NCBI GenBank assembly: GCA_040954595.2
Contig: CM082583.2
Coordinates: 13,058,987-13,122,986 of the forward strand
Direction of reading: 5' to 3'
Origin: Balanoglossus misakiensis
Taxonomy: Eukaryota; Animalia; Hemichordata
Length of the DNA: 64,000 nt
Position 1 is the stretch's first letter. The number at the start of each line of letters is the position of its first letter. Below, in pieces: positions 1 through 13,109 of this stretch. Below the pieces are notes generated by a model that had not been told where the DNA came from, did no database searches, and saw only the letters and a list, made by a program, of their open reading frames with translations. A program made the position numbers and the translations under genes.

Positions 1-368
1 TGGCAACATAAACCTAAACAAGCACCGATGAAAATTCTGATTGAATGCCACGGGTCTCTTGACATATTCTACCAGCAGCTAACTGCCACCTGCATTGTTC
101 CTTTTCCCAGCCAAACGTTTGGAAAAGTGATTTCTATGGTAAAGCTTCTACATGTACTTTGTATTTATCTTCTCAAACTACACTAGGTGTGTGATGTAGT
201 AAAATTCTTTGTTCGCCAACCATAGGTTTGTGAATTTTTCAAGAACCAAACAAGGCAAATACTGACCGTACATATATGCTGTGAATGACACAAAATTTAC
301 GCATCACAAATGCAACTTTTATTCTTCTGGGACAAAATCCCAGTCACAATCTGAACATGACAGACAGT

Positions 369-3300
369 CTACGTTTCCTCATCTTCGTTCTCTTCGGCGC
401 AATATTTCTCCTCAGCAATTCTGAGCTTTTCATGAATGCTGTCGAACAGCGCAAACTCCTCGGATCCCCACCTCTCAAACACAGACACGTTGCTTTTCTC
501 AACATCTTCGTGATGGTGTACGTTGCGGTATTCGGTGAACATGGCCACCCTGTCTGTGCCGACCTGTGTGATGTGATGGACATCACCAGCGCGATAAGCT
601 CGCTCGTTATCCGGGGGAAATACAGCCAAAACTTGACCGTACTGGTAGCCGTGGTCACCCTTTGTGTTTATGCATATAATGATGAGACAGCCAGAGTTCA
701 CGCCAACCCACAGTGTATCTTTGACGACTAACATGGAAGTGACAGTCCGTGGACCACTTTGTAGGTGCAACAATGGGTCCCTAGTGGGGGCATCATCAAC
801 CCGGCGTTGCCTGCTCAGTCTTGCACCAGCTGACATACCACTCTGTCGCTGCCTGATTCCACTCTCCAGGGATCGCGGGAAGGTCCTAAATTTGGACTGA
901 TCTTTCGCACTGGGCGTCACGACCTGGGATGTTGGTGATCGAACGCTGGATGATGCTGACCAAGAGGCACTGAGGAGCTCACTCTCATCATCTTCATGGT
1001 CATGGTCATGGTCATCATCATCATCATCACCATCATCATCATCGTCATCACTGTCCGCAGCCTGCCTTCTCTTGAACTCTTCCACTGACATCAGCGTTAC
1101 CGCGTCAACAGCAGCCAGCGAGAGGTCAAGGACCCTGGTGACCTTCTTTGTCCGGGCGTCGATTTCCACCAGGGCGAATGGCCGACTGCTGCCACACCAA
1201 ACCGCTGCGTTGTTTGAGCTGTACTGCATGTGTCTGATCTCAGGTGACATCTGCAGGAGTTCGTGCTTGATCTTGCACTCGACGAGTCGCAGCAACGCAT
1301 TGACGACCACTACAACACTGCCGCAGCTCACCCACACCTCTTGTTCGTTCTGCGCCACGAGAACGCATCTGCAGTTGTCCACCTCTAGGCCGAGGCACAG
1401 CGTCTTGATCTCCTGCCAGTACTGGGCTTCATTCGGCACCTCTCCGAATCTGCGCTGTAACTCTGAGAGCGACAGGCTGTAGATGGTCATCTGTCCTTTC
1501 GCTTGTGCAACGTATACACACTGTTCTGTCTTGGAGCCACGCTGAAATACAAGACACAGTTTGTGAGACATGTCAATTGGTTCAAATGGCAGTGATGAAG
1601 ATGTGATCATCGTTAGGAAATATACATATGCTTTATTAAAAATGAGTGAAAGCTTACCTTAAGTGTTTGTGAAGCAAACGCACAAATAGGTGCTTTAGTT
1701 TTTCTTGCCCATAGACACTCCACAAATCCAACCCCTTGCACACCAAAGACTTCAATTTTACCATCCTTGAAGGGAAACATGAAAACAAAATAACATGATG
1801 TTAAAATTGCTGATGACCTTACCTGAAAAACAGAACCTGACAACTTGTGAACGTTTTTAAAAAATAATTCATATGGTACATCTTCAAAGTCAGATCTAAG
1901 TTGGCCTTACCTCACCACCAATCCACACAGTGTTATCAACTTTCATTGTGCAGGCAACGGCAGAACCAGCATGGATTCTATCGTTCATTCTGTGTATTCC
2001 ACGTTCTACATCCACAATGCTGTATCGTCGTTCTGCGCCATCTCTACACCAGAACCATACTGTGTGAGACGACACTCCCTGAAGCAGAGAGAGGGAGAAA
2101 GAGAATTGCGTTTGAGATATGAGAACCTATCTATGCTGATGAAAGTCTCAGCATCGTGAAGATGAGATCTGAAAGACGTTGCAGATGTTCTGCACAAGTT
2201 CTCACCTGCACGTTTGTGGGCGTGTAGAGCATGGCCCTGACGTCGACAACATTGAAGGTATGGGTGTGGCAGAGAAAGTGATAAGTGCCCATCTTCTTTA
2301 CGATGGTCTTTGCAGAAGGTCTCATGATGTGATTGGCATTCCAGCATTCCATCATCAGTTTCTCTACTCCAGGGAAGTTGGTCTGTATGTCCTGTTGTTT
2401 GAAGGACGGCCTGATGCCTTTCCTGATGGCTTTGGTGATCTCCATTGTCCTGACCATTTTCTCGAACGGTCTCAGACCGCTGACGATCTCGTACAGCAAC
2501 ATGGCAAAGGAGAAGATGTCCGCCTGTGATAAAATTAAAATTACACAAAAATTTCAGACAGGCAGGATTTCACATTCAAATAGAGAACATATTGGCATAC
2601 TGTTACAGTGTCCTCTTTTGATGTTGTCAAACATTTAGAAATTCACCAGAAAACTAAAGAGTCCATTCGGAATGAAGGAACTTAATGTATAATTTATGGA
2701 CATGTCTACCTTTTCATTGTAAGTCATGCCAGGTCTGACTTCAGGCGCTTGAAATCCGGGCGTACCATCAGAACCTTTGACCCCTTGCAGGGAACCGATT
2801 CTTGATATCCCATAATCGGACACTTTAGCGTTGATGGCGGCGTCAACATCCAACGACCACACAAGAACGTTATCTGACTTCAAATCGCAATATATGATGT
2901 CGTTCTGGTGAAGATACACCAACGCTTTGGCCACCTGCAAGGCGATCTTGTACGTGATGACTCGATTCAGAAGAGTTCCGTAGACCGATCCTTTGGTGAT
3001 GTCCCGCGTCTTGTAGTTGCTCTTCACTGCCTTTGCGTGGAGAACGGCGTTGAGGCTTCCCATCGGTGCCAGCTCCAGCGCGAAGCAGATGGGGCGGAGG
3101 GAGATTCCAATGAGCTGGACAATGCAGGGGTGGTGCAGCTTGCACAGGAGGGACACCTCGGTCCTCAGCTCTTTGAACGCTCTGATGGCTGCCGTTCCAA
3201 TCAGTTCCTGTCTCACTGTGCAATCTTCAGTCGAGCTGACTGATGGCAAGTTGCTGGAACTTGATGAGGAGCTGGCCGAGCTAGATGTACTCACGCCGCT

Positions 3301-6300
3301 GTCGTTGCAGCGCTCGTCGTGGAAAATGTCGCCAAAAGTCCGGTTCTTGGTGGCATGGAACTCCTTTATTGCAATGTCCTGGTCGTTGTATCGACCCCTG
3401 AACACAATGGCTGCACCCCCTACACCCAGGCACTGGTCTCGCTTGGCTTCAAAGACAAGGTCATGTCCGTCGACCATGTATTTCTTCGGCAGGTCACAAA
3501 GAAGAAGATCTGGAACCAATTTCGACAAGGGGACCGGTCTGTCAGGGTGCGCGTCGCAGATTATCTCATCACTTCTGACAGCAACCATAGCACATTTTTC
3601 CAGGGTGAATTCTCTCGGCTCAAAATCTGACTGTGTACTGGAGGCTGATCGAAAGCTGTCTGAACTGAAACCACTAGAGGGGCCTGACAATGGGGCCTCG
3701 ATGTTGTCACCGCAATATGGACAAGGGATTCGACGTTGAATCATCATTTCACCAGTGTGATCCCGATCTTCTAAACCTGCAAGTATACCGGGGAGAGAAA
3801 GTACACAGTATTAAATAGAATTCTTTTTCCTCCATCTTTCTTGAAGCTGGATTTGAATGCCATCAAACATACAGTACCGTATAATACCATCCAGGAATGA
3901 TGTAACCTGCTTGACTCACTCACCCGGAAACCATTCCACAATCAGGTTATCCAGGTGATCCACTATAAATCCCATGGCACTGAAATTTTCCGTGGAGCTG
4001 GCCACCGTGATCTTGATTCCCTCAAGAAGATGAATTTGCTCATTGATCAACACAGGTTCTGTGCTGGACTCGACGATGAAGTAGCCTTTGCGGTGTGTGA
4101 CGATGAGGCCTTCTCGCCAATAAATGATCTTCTTGTCCCGCAGATGGAATCCCTTCCGACTGGAATACTTCCTGGAAAATGTAATTGGTAGACTTCAATG
4201 TTGTGAAATCTGGGCTGTATTTAATGTTTTCATTACTTGCCTCTTGCGACAGGAATTGGTTTGAGTAAATGACACTTTGGTTGGTATTGTCGCTTATCTC
4301 TACAAATCTTATCGGGTAAAATCTCTGAAAGAATGATCAGGCGTGTGAAGATCAAAAGGCATAGGAATCCATTACAGCTACTGTCAGTTAAATGAGGAGG
4401 AAAATAATCAACACAAAACATTGTCCACACCTTGATTCATTCCAAGAGCAGTTTCTAGAGAACGGCTGTCTTCTGCCTGTTCGGGGACCTGCAGTGTCAG
4501 TAGACGTGCTTCTCTTCTGTGGACCGACACTACCGACGACCAACCTCTCAACGTTGATGATGAGACGAGTTATAAGACGACTCCAGAAGCCACTGGGGAT
4601 GTAGCTCATCTTGTAGTAACGGTATAAAACTGGAAGTGGCTCCAGACTAAAACCCGGCTTTTCTTTCGGCAACATGGAAGGAATCAGTATCCTGCAAGTT
4701 TAAGCATTCCAAGTGGTTGATTTGAAAATATACAACACATACTTATGTTAAACACATAGAAGAAATGATTTTTTACTTAACAGTAATTGTTCATTATGAG
4801 TGCCAGAAGAAAAAATCTCTTTCCTCAAGGAAATGACAGTATTGAAGATAAAGTGTTCAGAGGGTTACATGTATTTGGTCAAATATTTGATTTCTTAATC
4901 TGATATGACATAAATCTCTATGGTGACTTTACAGAAGTTGGCAAATTTTTCTACTAAATAACTTCTTTGACTTCTCCAATTTACAGGTTTAAGGTAGTTA
5001 TGTCTCAAAAATCATAGTCTGTGCCCTGAGGTGCACACTACGTTAAATGGAGCATCACTGACTTACTCTGTCCTGCTAATGGTCAAAGCAATCTCAAATC
5101 TCTCGAGAAGCTGCAGGTACTGCTCAGTCAGTTCTTTGGGGTACTGTGAATCATGGAAGAGCCAATCCAGTTTCTTGATTTTCATTTTGCCGGCAACGAC
5201 TTGGTGATGCACTGCCCGTACAGTGATGATTCTGGCCAGAAGGTTGCACAGCCACACTGGGTCGATGAAGTACAGTGTGTTCAGATCGCGCATGTGATCG
5301 TTGAAGTGTAGAATCTGGCCGGTTTCATGGAGAAAATTAGCAGCTGAAATGACAGAACATAAAGGCACGCTAACACTAAAGATAAGAGTGTACATTTCTG
5401 TAAAGAAACTTGGCAGATTATAAAATGTACCAGTTCAAAAGTCATATTTTTTATTCTTTTCTGTGCACTGTAATTGTGTATTTATTTTGAAAGATTTACA
5501 CCAATACTTAGGGGCACTACCAGGAAATCCGTGTCTTACAAAATATTTTTAAAACACCACTTCCCCATACCTAACTGTAAGTCTTCAGCCGTGTCAATGT
5601 CACTGTCTGGTACTCTGCTTGCCAGTTCCTCAAATTCATCTTCGGTCAACACTGGAGGTTCCTTTGCTGAACGACTTTTGACCTCGGCCAGAATCACGTC
5701 TTGGAGAAGTAGATAACTCCTTGGCACCTGTGATGATCGAGCCATAATGATTACTGATGTTATATTTTGGTCGCTGCCATCTTGTCTGTTGTTAGGACAG
5801 GACACTGCCATATGGCATTGACTGTATACAATTTTTGTAACCAATGTCTCTGGTTTGGCATACGGCATAAGACATCGTCGCCATTTAACAATTCTCACAA
5901 GGATAGTTCTTAAATCAGATGAGATCTGTACCATGTGAATGTTTCAGTTTTTACCACAATCAACAAGCATTTCTATCAATCAGTGACTCTTTACTGAGTG
6001 TGTGCAGTGAACTCACCTTTCTACCAATCAAAGGCTCCGAACTGTGTCTGTTTTGAATTCTGCACGCTCTGTTGTAAATATTCTTTCTGAGATCGAGAAT
6101 TCCCTCTCCAGTTGTGCTGGACACTGTATGCACATCGACGATGTATGGAAAACCTTTGCCTTTCTTCTTCACAAACATGTTCACAATCCCAAGGTGCAGT
6201 TTCTCGAGGGTTTTCTTCCTTTCGTCATTCGACAGAATGTCCAGATGTGTTCCGACTAAGATGACATGTGACTCGGGAGCCCTAGCCTGCAATTACCAAG

Positions 6301-9300
6301 CAATACACATTCATACCATATACCGGTACCCATACATGTACATGTACTTCAAAAACATATTATACTGTAGTCTGACCAAATATTTCGACCCTTATAATGT
6401 CAAAAATCTGTGTGGAATGTCTGCAACTTGCCTGTATGTTCAAGAGCCACGGTTCAATTTCTTTCAAGATCTCCTCTCCCTTTGTTGCATTGAACACCAC
6501 GAGGTACAACGTGTTTGTTGTCAGAAAGCACTGGTGGGTCACATAATATTCAGACTGGCCTGCCAAATCCCATGTTGAAAAGACAATTTCAGGACCAAGG
6601 TTCTTGTGAAGGAAACAAAAAATGCAAATGACACAAATATAAAGTTAAAACGTGTAAGGAATATGGCATGACATAATGGTCCGAAAGTTTAGCATGGATT
6701 GACTGCCCTGAGTGTGAAATTCTTTACTGTATATCTATGCTTGACTTCAGTATCCAACTTTGAGCACCGGTCTAAAAGAAGAGACAAGACATGCAATCAG
6801 AGGATACCTTGTTTCTGTGGAAACCCAGCGAACTGGTTTTATTCTGGTCCGGTAACTTCCACTTATCAATCACTATACCGTTTGTCACCACATTCTTCGG
6901 CGGAGGAAGTCCTCGTAGCGCAGCCAGCAATGTTGTCTTGCCCTGATTCTGTTGACAGAAAATGGCAATTCACAGATTTGATACTTTTTTATAAATCATG
7001 GAAAATGGCTTATGGAATGATTACAAGGAATTTATTGGAGATAAATGTCTTTCATGGCCATTCCGCTGCCCTTACCTGTAGTCCAACAATCATGAGTTTC
7101 ATTCTGTAGAAAGGCTCCGACCTCCGATGCTGTGCTTTCAAATGGGCAAAAATATCTGCTGCCTTGCCTCCTGGTTCTGAAGGCTGCAAGTTCAGCGGCA
7201 AGTTAGAAATCTTCAGTCCTTCCAGACGCAAACTCCAACATCTCTGAAGGTTGCCAAGTTCAACTGGAAGGGTAACAATGTCTGTGTTACTGGAAAAAAT
7301 AAATACAAACATTAGTTGATAGGGAGTAAATCAGAAATAACCTGACAACATTTAGAAAAATACTTTGTAAAATTTTAAGTAGAAATACTTAATATGTGTG
7401 ATGAGGACATAATTTGTTCAATTTTTTTCTAAAACATGTTACGACAGTTTACCACAGACCCGGTTCATGAAAAAGCTATGTACTGGTAGGAGAGGAATTA
7501 GGCAATCTTACTTGCTTAGGTCCAAAGTGAGAAGATTCTCCATATTGCAAATGGTACGTGGCACCGACTTGAGTTTGTTGTCCTGCAACATGAGGTGATC
7601 CAAACTACTAAAGAACTGCAGGGGGAATTCAATCTCTTTCGCCTCACTGTCTTCATCGTCGTCGATGTCAACGTGAAAAGAACTTCTCCCTCGACTTCGA
7701 GAAAATCTTGGCCTTGGGAAGCTGATTCTCTTTGGTGAACTATTAAGAGATCAAAATAAGTTGAGTTTTGTTAGAATTTTTTATGTCACAAATAGCGCTG
7801 ATGGCACTACACCCCCATTTTGGATCAGATTTGACAAATGAATCCATGTTATACTATAAGCCATACTTGGCCTCCTCATAAATTTTCTAGACATTTTTTT
7901 TGTCTCATCACCAGAGAGACTGTAGAGTCAGTGTCATGAGATCGAGACACACCAATACAGCGTCCATTAACAATGAAAATTAGAATATTAACATTTTTAC
8001 TCACTCTGTGGGACTAGGAGTTTTGCTTGAGTCCTGATCTGGTGGGTTTGTCAGCTTGTTGAACGACAAGTCCAGCTTGTTCAATTTAATACCGGTGTGC
8101 CAGTAGTCGGGTGCTGGAAACTTGTCAATTTTGTTACGGCTGAGCAAGAGCTCGCCAAGATTTCCGAGTTGACAGATACCCCAGGGAATTTCGTGCAGAG
8201 CGTTGTTACTGAGGTCCAGAATTTCCAGTGTCTTAGTCCAGAGCACCCCAATGTCGTTGGGAATGTTGGTGATGCAATTATCAGCTGCTTTCAGTATTTG
8301 CTAGAATGTGAAAAAACACGGTCAAAATGTGAAATGTTGTTTTGAAAAATCACAAACCATTTGAAGAGTTTCTTATCAATATAACTGAATGTAACTGCAA
8401 CACATGGAGTAGGGTTTACTCATTCATGAAGGAGGTGAGAAGAATGATATATATTGATTGCGTATGGAAGCCCAGAATAATTCTCAGTGTCAGATCTGTA
8501 TGGATAAGTTTAACTTTGAAGCTAATTTGCTGAGTCTGAATTTGAACCTGAACATGACTTCACTTACTAGTGGACAACTCCACGGTTTTGGAATTTTCTT
8601 GAGTCTGTTATGGGCCACAATCAAATGAGTGAGTTTGCTTGCTGATTGGATGCTTTTTGGAAGTCTTTTCAGGAAATTATGGGATACATCCAGATGAGTC
8701 AGCTGCGGACAATACCATTCGCCGTCTTCATAGACAGATTCTGTCAAAGAGTTTAAGGAAAACTCCATTTGTATGGTAAATGACAAGATTATTGCAAGCT
8801 GCTTCAAATGCTATAAAGTGTCAAACAGAACTTCATAAGATGTATTACCAGGGGTAGGGTGTTGGTGCCAAAAGTCTATTGATAGTTTAGTTCAGATACT
8901 CCACATTAAGAAAATGTTTTCATGTTTTAATAGCCATGAAATATGTATATTTTCAATGAGAGACAGACAGATAGGCAATTTGGTAGTCTGATAAAACTTG
9001 CTGAGTTTGATATCAAACTGGCGATTGCGTGCTGATAATATAATGCAATGGTATGTAAGGTCATGCTGGGGGGAGTGGGGGTCACACAAATGACAAATAA
9101 ACCTCCATACAGAAAATGCACTTCTAGGTCAAGCACTACAGGCCAGCTGCAGGTGAAGGATGGTCACACACATACCTCTGTTACTACTGCCAGCAGCCTC
9201 AAACTGTCCAGATTCAGTGGTCAACCCACTTTTGTCTTCCAGTGAGGTCAAATAATTGTGGGACAGCACCAGCTTGGTCAGACTGGGCAATTGGAAGAAA

Positions 9301-11651
9301 TCTATCGGTACGTGCTTCAGTGCATTGTGGGAGGCAGTCACTACTTTCAACCTGAAAAATGCAAGAATTACAGAAATGACTGAAAATCTACAGACCCTAC
9401 CCAAGTCAAGACATTTGATGAGATTCACACTCCAAAATCAGGCGATATAACTCGCAAACTAGTTCACTTACCTTTCACATTCAACATCACATGCTGCAGC
9501 AGACGGCAGTGTTTTCAGATTTGCATTATGGGATACATCCAAGACTTCCAGCGCCTTCAGACCCCACGGAATGATATTCGGCAGGGATTCCAGACCGGAG
9601 GAATGGTGACAGGATAGCTTCAATACCACTAGTGTGTCTGTGATTCCTTGGAACCAGTGACGTGATACGCTGTGCAACTTGAGACTATTCCACTTGACTA
9701 CAAGTCTTCCCTGTAATTTAATACACTCAGTTAATTAATTAATCAATGAAGAACATTGTCTGGCTTCACACAATTTAGCAGCTACAGAAACAAAAACTGC
9801 AAGTCCAGGAAATTGATATTGTTTATCTAGATACCTGTGTGCCATCTCCATCTCCATCACCGTCACCATGGCCACCATTGTCATCTGTATGCATGACATC
9901 ATCGTTGCCATGCACCTGACAGTAGCCTTGCATGACTGCTGTGAGGAACTCCCCATGGGCTTCTACGACTGCTGTAGTCACCTTAGCATGAACCTCCGTG
10001 ATCAGGTGTTTCACTAACTCGACATTCCCGCCTGGAATTCAAAACCAAAAACCGGCAAACGGTGGTTAACAAAGCATGGTTCAGAAGATCACTAAGATTT
10101 CTAATGCAAAAACCTTGTTTAACAATGGGAACCCCAAAATGTGGGCCAATAACTCACTTTCACAGGCTGCTCCCAACGGAGTCTGGGGCTCGTCTGCAGT
10201 CAGGTCTGTGTACACAAAAACCTCTCCATTGACGTCAGCACCTCGTTCTATCCAGTACTGCTCCAACTCCAGTGAACCGTTGAGGCAGGCTGCATGCAAC
10301 ATTGTGTCTTTACTGGTCTGACTGTCAATCAGCTCTGAGGTCCATGCATAAAAAGAGATTCATAGAATTATGACAACATTTGTTGGCATTCCAATATTTG
10401 AGTTTTGTATGTTTCACTTAGTTCTAAACACCTATTCTTCAAGCAGAAATTTTAAACCAATTTTGCAATGTGTGAGAAAATGCCCTGTACGTGCAGTGTA
10501 ACTATGATACTGCAAGTGCCTGCAGCGATGCTTTAATACAAAATGGGCTTAAATTTCCCCCTAATGCTTTGGACCCCCAAGTGTGACATGTGGTCAAACA
10601 TTCCAGAAAATCTAGAAAACAAAATGAGTCAGCTTCAGATGAGGGACATTTTTGTAGTCAAATGCAGAAGTCTCAAAATCTTATTTTCACTATCTCAGAA
10701 AATGTTGGCATTCATTAGATTTCAGTGGACGTTGATCTAGTCCGAATAAAAGACAGTACCTTTGTTTATTTTGATCCACAATTTTGTATAAAATCTAAAC
10801 TTTTAGTGCGAGGGTCAAAAACAATATTTCCAAACAGGACAAATGATTTGCTTGAAACCTTTTCTGGCATAGAATTTCCTGTTTGGTGAAAATATGTTCA
10901 GTAGCTCTTCCTCTTCTGTGTTTAAAATTTTACAACTAATCTGTCACGAAAGACAGTTATCTAAGTGTTAGTTATGTGCTTTACCCCATTTCCGGATTTA
11001 GGATATTAAAATCATTACGGTCAAAAAGACATCAACACTCACCGGGATAGTTTAAAAACAACAGATCCACTATATCCATGTGGCCATATCTTGTTGCAAT
11101 GTACAGAGGTGTTCCAAACAACGGCGAAGCTTTGGTGACATCAGCACCATGATCCAGAAGACGCCTGACTATCTCCAGATGACCATGCCGGCATGCTACA
11201 CATAGCGGTGTCCCCTTGAAATTGGAAATATACCAGATAATATAATCATATTGTTTATTTCTTCATGCCTCTCATAGAAATCAAAGGAGAGAAGTTTGAA
11301 AAGTTGAGAGACTGACCTCATGAGTAATATAATCCACATCCACGTCCATGGCAAGGAAGAGCAAGAGTGTGTTGGCGTGTCCCTTCTCACAAACAAGATG
11401 AAGGAAATCATACTTGCTGCGTTCGACGCGACCAACTTTGCCCTTCAGTGGAACCATGAAGTGAAGCAACTGGTTGATGTGAGGATTTCCATGAAATATA
11501 TCTGCAATCTTTGAATGATTTCCATCTTCTATTGCACACTTGAGTTGCCCTTCAAGGTCTAAGAAATTCCGACAAAAAACAATTCACATCAGTGTCATAA
11601 CCATCCTTTGCTAAATCTCCATCACCACCACCATCATCACCTGGTCATAGC

Positions 11652-11683
<32 letters not shown>

Positions 11684-13053
11684 GTTAACCAATCAAGTTC
11701 TCTTTCACTTTGCAATCGGATAAGAAAGACATACTCTAAGAAACGCCCTTCTAAACAAACTGCGGGTAAAAAAAATCTGTTTGATCAAAATCAACAATAG
11801 TCAGTGATCCAGTTGTTTTCTTTCACTTTACAATCAGATATGAGAAGCACCCTCAGACACACCCCCTATTACTGATAGGCCAGAGTCTTACTTAATCAAC
11901 ACACCACCTTACATAAGAACTCCATTCATGGTAAACATGTTTTTGATACAACCAGCATGTATAACTGAACACACCCCTGACATTATGAACTTTTAAACTA
12001 CATTTGTAGAACACTTAACTGTGGTTGGCAGGACAGATATTGTGTGAAAATACAAATTTAAGTGAATGTACAAATCTATGTTAAAACCTGTTTTCACAGG
12101 TTTTGGTTGAGTGAGTAATGGTTTTCATTTTCACACGTCTTAGTGATACCATATGAACTGAACATATGGATAAAGATAAATATGAAACCATATATCATTA
12201 TGACAATTAGTCACATATGTTCCGTACCAGCAGGATTCCAGTTTTGACGTGGTTCAGAAATTATTTGAGACAGGTTTCACTTCACATTCAATTTCAAGTT
12301 TTAAAAAAGTGTGGCCCAGTGAACTGTACCATTTTCTAAAATAAATTCGCAAACTTCTCAAATTATTATTAAGACAGGAGTAACATTGGGTGACCATAAT
12401 AATGAGATGGGTGTGACGTTGGGCGATATAGTTTTTTTTTGGTTACGATTATTGTGTTCTTTTACAGTTATTTAAAACATCGACAAGCAACAGCAAGTTA
12501 TGACACATTGGTTTTTTTTAAGAATATTTATTATCATCATCAATAACAACAACAACAACAAGATTTCTAAGTTCCCTGTGGTATCACAGGCCTTGTTGAA
12601 ATCAACAACCGTGAAGCTAGTTGAATCGCGGTTGTCGATTTCAAGGCCTGCAGTTGGCGGAACAGTCAAAGTATCCAAAGTACAACAGAACAACAACTGT
12701 TGATTTTGTTCAATATAATTATCATTACGAACATCATTCATAACAGACTCTGCTCATGCAAAGGCCAAGTGCATTTAACACTCCGCATTTAACTTCCGCA
12801 TTTCGCCGGACTCGGGAATCGAATTGTTAAACGACTCAGACTAGTTTAACACATCGTAAATATGCTGTGATCTGATCAAACCCCGCCACAATCATCACTC
12901 ACACGGTGAGTGGCAGTCACACACGAGTACTGATCGATCAAATCAGACGCAGATTTGCAGTCCCTTCGACCGATCGAGGCTGGGGAATACCCCTCAGGTC
13001 ACTAACCAAAACATCACCTTACCTTTGAAGATCTCTTTTTCACTGGCGTCCAT
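369..13053 (-). CDS. LRRK1: LRRK1-like ROCO kinase (ANK-LRR-ROC-COR-kinase-WD40-like), ~23 coding exons
   Basis: Exons joined in phase from MDASEKEIFK (ATG 13053) to TAG at 369. Ankyrin repeats (GTPLCVACRHGHLEIVRRLLDHGADV) and LRRs (LEILDLSNNALHEIP). ROC: MKLMIVGLQ|NQGKTT, WDLAGQSEYYVTHQCFL, PWLLNIQ|ARAP, ILVGTHLD. COR: FLHETGQILHF, YFIDPVWL, GFWSRLITR, YWREG, EWFPG. Kinase: GVGGAAIV, AIKEF, IIYCDLKSDNVLVW, DYGISR, GTPGFQAPE. CDLKSDN, DYG and absence of ARM repeats are LRRK1-type rather than LRRK2-type. Internal exon limits are approximate. Confidence 0.9.
6287..6431 (-). other. GC-AG intron (145 nt) in the ROC domain of the LRRK gene
   Basis: Minus strand reads AAC ATA CAG|GCAAGT...TTGCAG|GCT AGG GCT, joining the conserved PWLLNIQ-ARAP. 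The donor is otherwise a full consensus. Confidence 0.85.
11653..11682 (+). repeat. (CAT)n microsatellite in LRRK intron 1
   Basis: About 10 CAT units visible. Confidence 0.9.
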
Positions 13054-13107
13054 CTAGTTATATCTGCTGTACCTCGTCACTGTACGAACGTCCGATTTTC
13101 CCTGCAT
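13054..13107 (-). promoter_or_regulatory. 17-aa upstream ORF (MQGKSDVRTVTRYSRYN*) in frame with, and abutting, the LRRK start codon
   Basis: ATG at 13107-13105; reads ...AAC TAG ATG GAC. Whether it lies inside the transcript is not shown. Confidence 0.5.
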
Positions 13108-13109
13108 CT

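Noticed and set aside
285-3739. Plus-strand ORFs 285-731, 1072-1482 and 3017-3739
   Set aside because: Antisense shadows of LRRK coding exons with no independent motifs.
6603-6798. LRRK intron with a GTATCCTC donor and TTCCTTCAC near the acceptor as a second U12 intron
   Set aside because: Both motifs deviate from consensus, and the pseudo-branch is only 3 nt from the end within an ordinary pyrimidine tract; more likely U2.
7867-7919. Possible extra 53-nt LRRK exon (DLSGDETKKMSRKFMRRP)
   Set aside because: Not a multiple of 3, and the flanking exons already join in phase.
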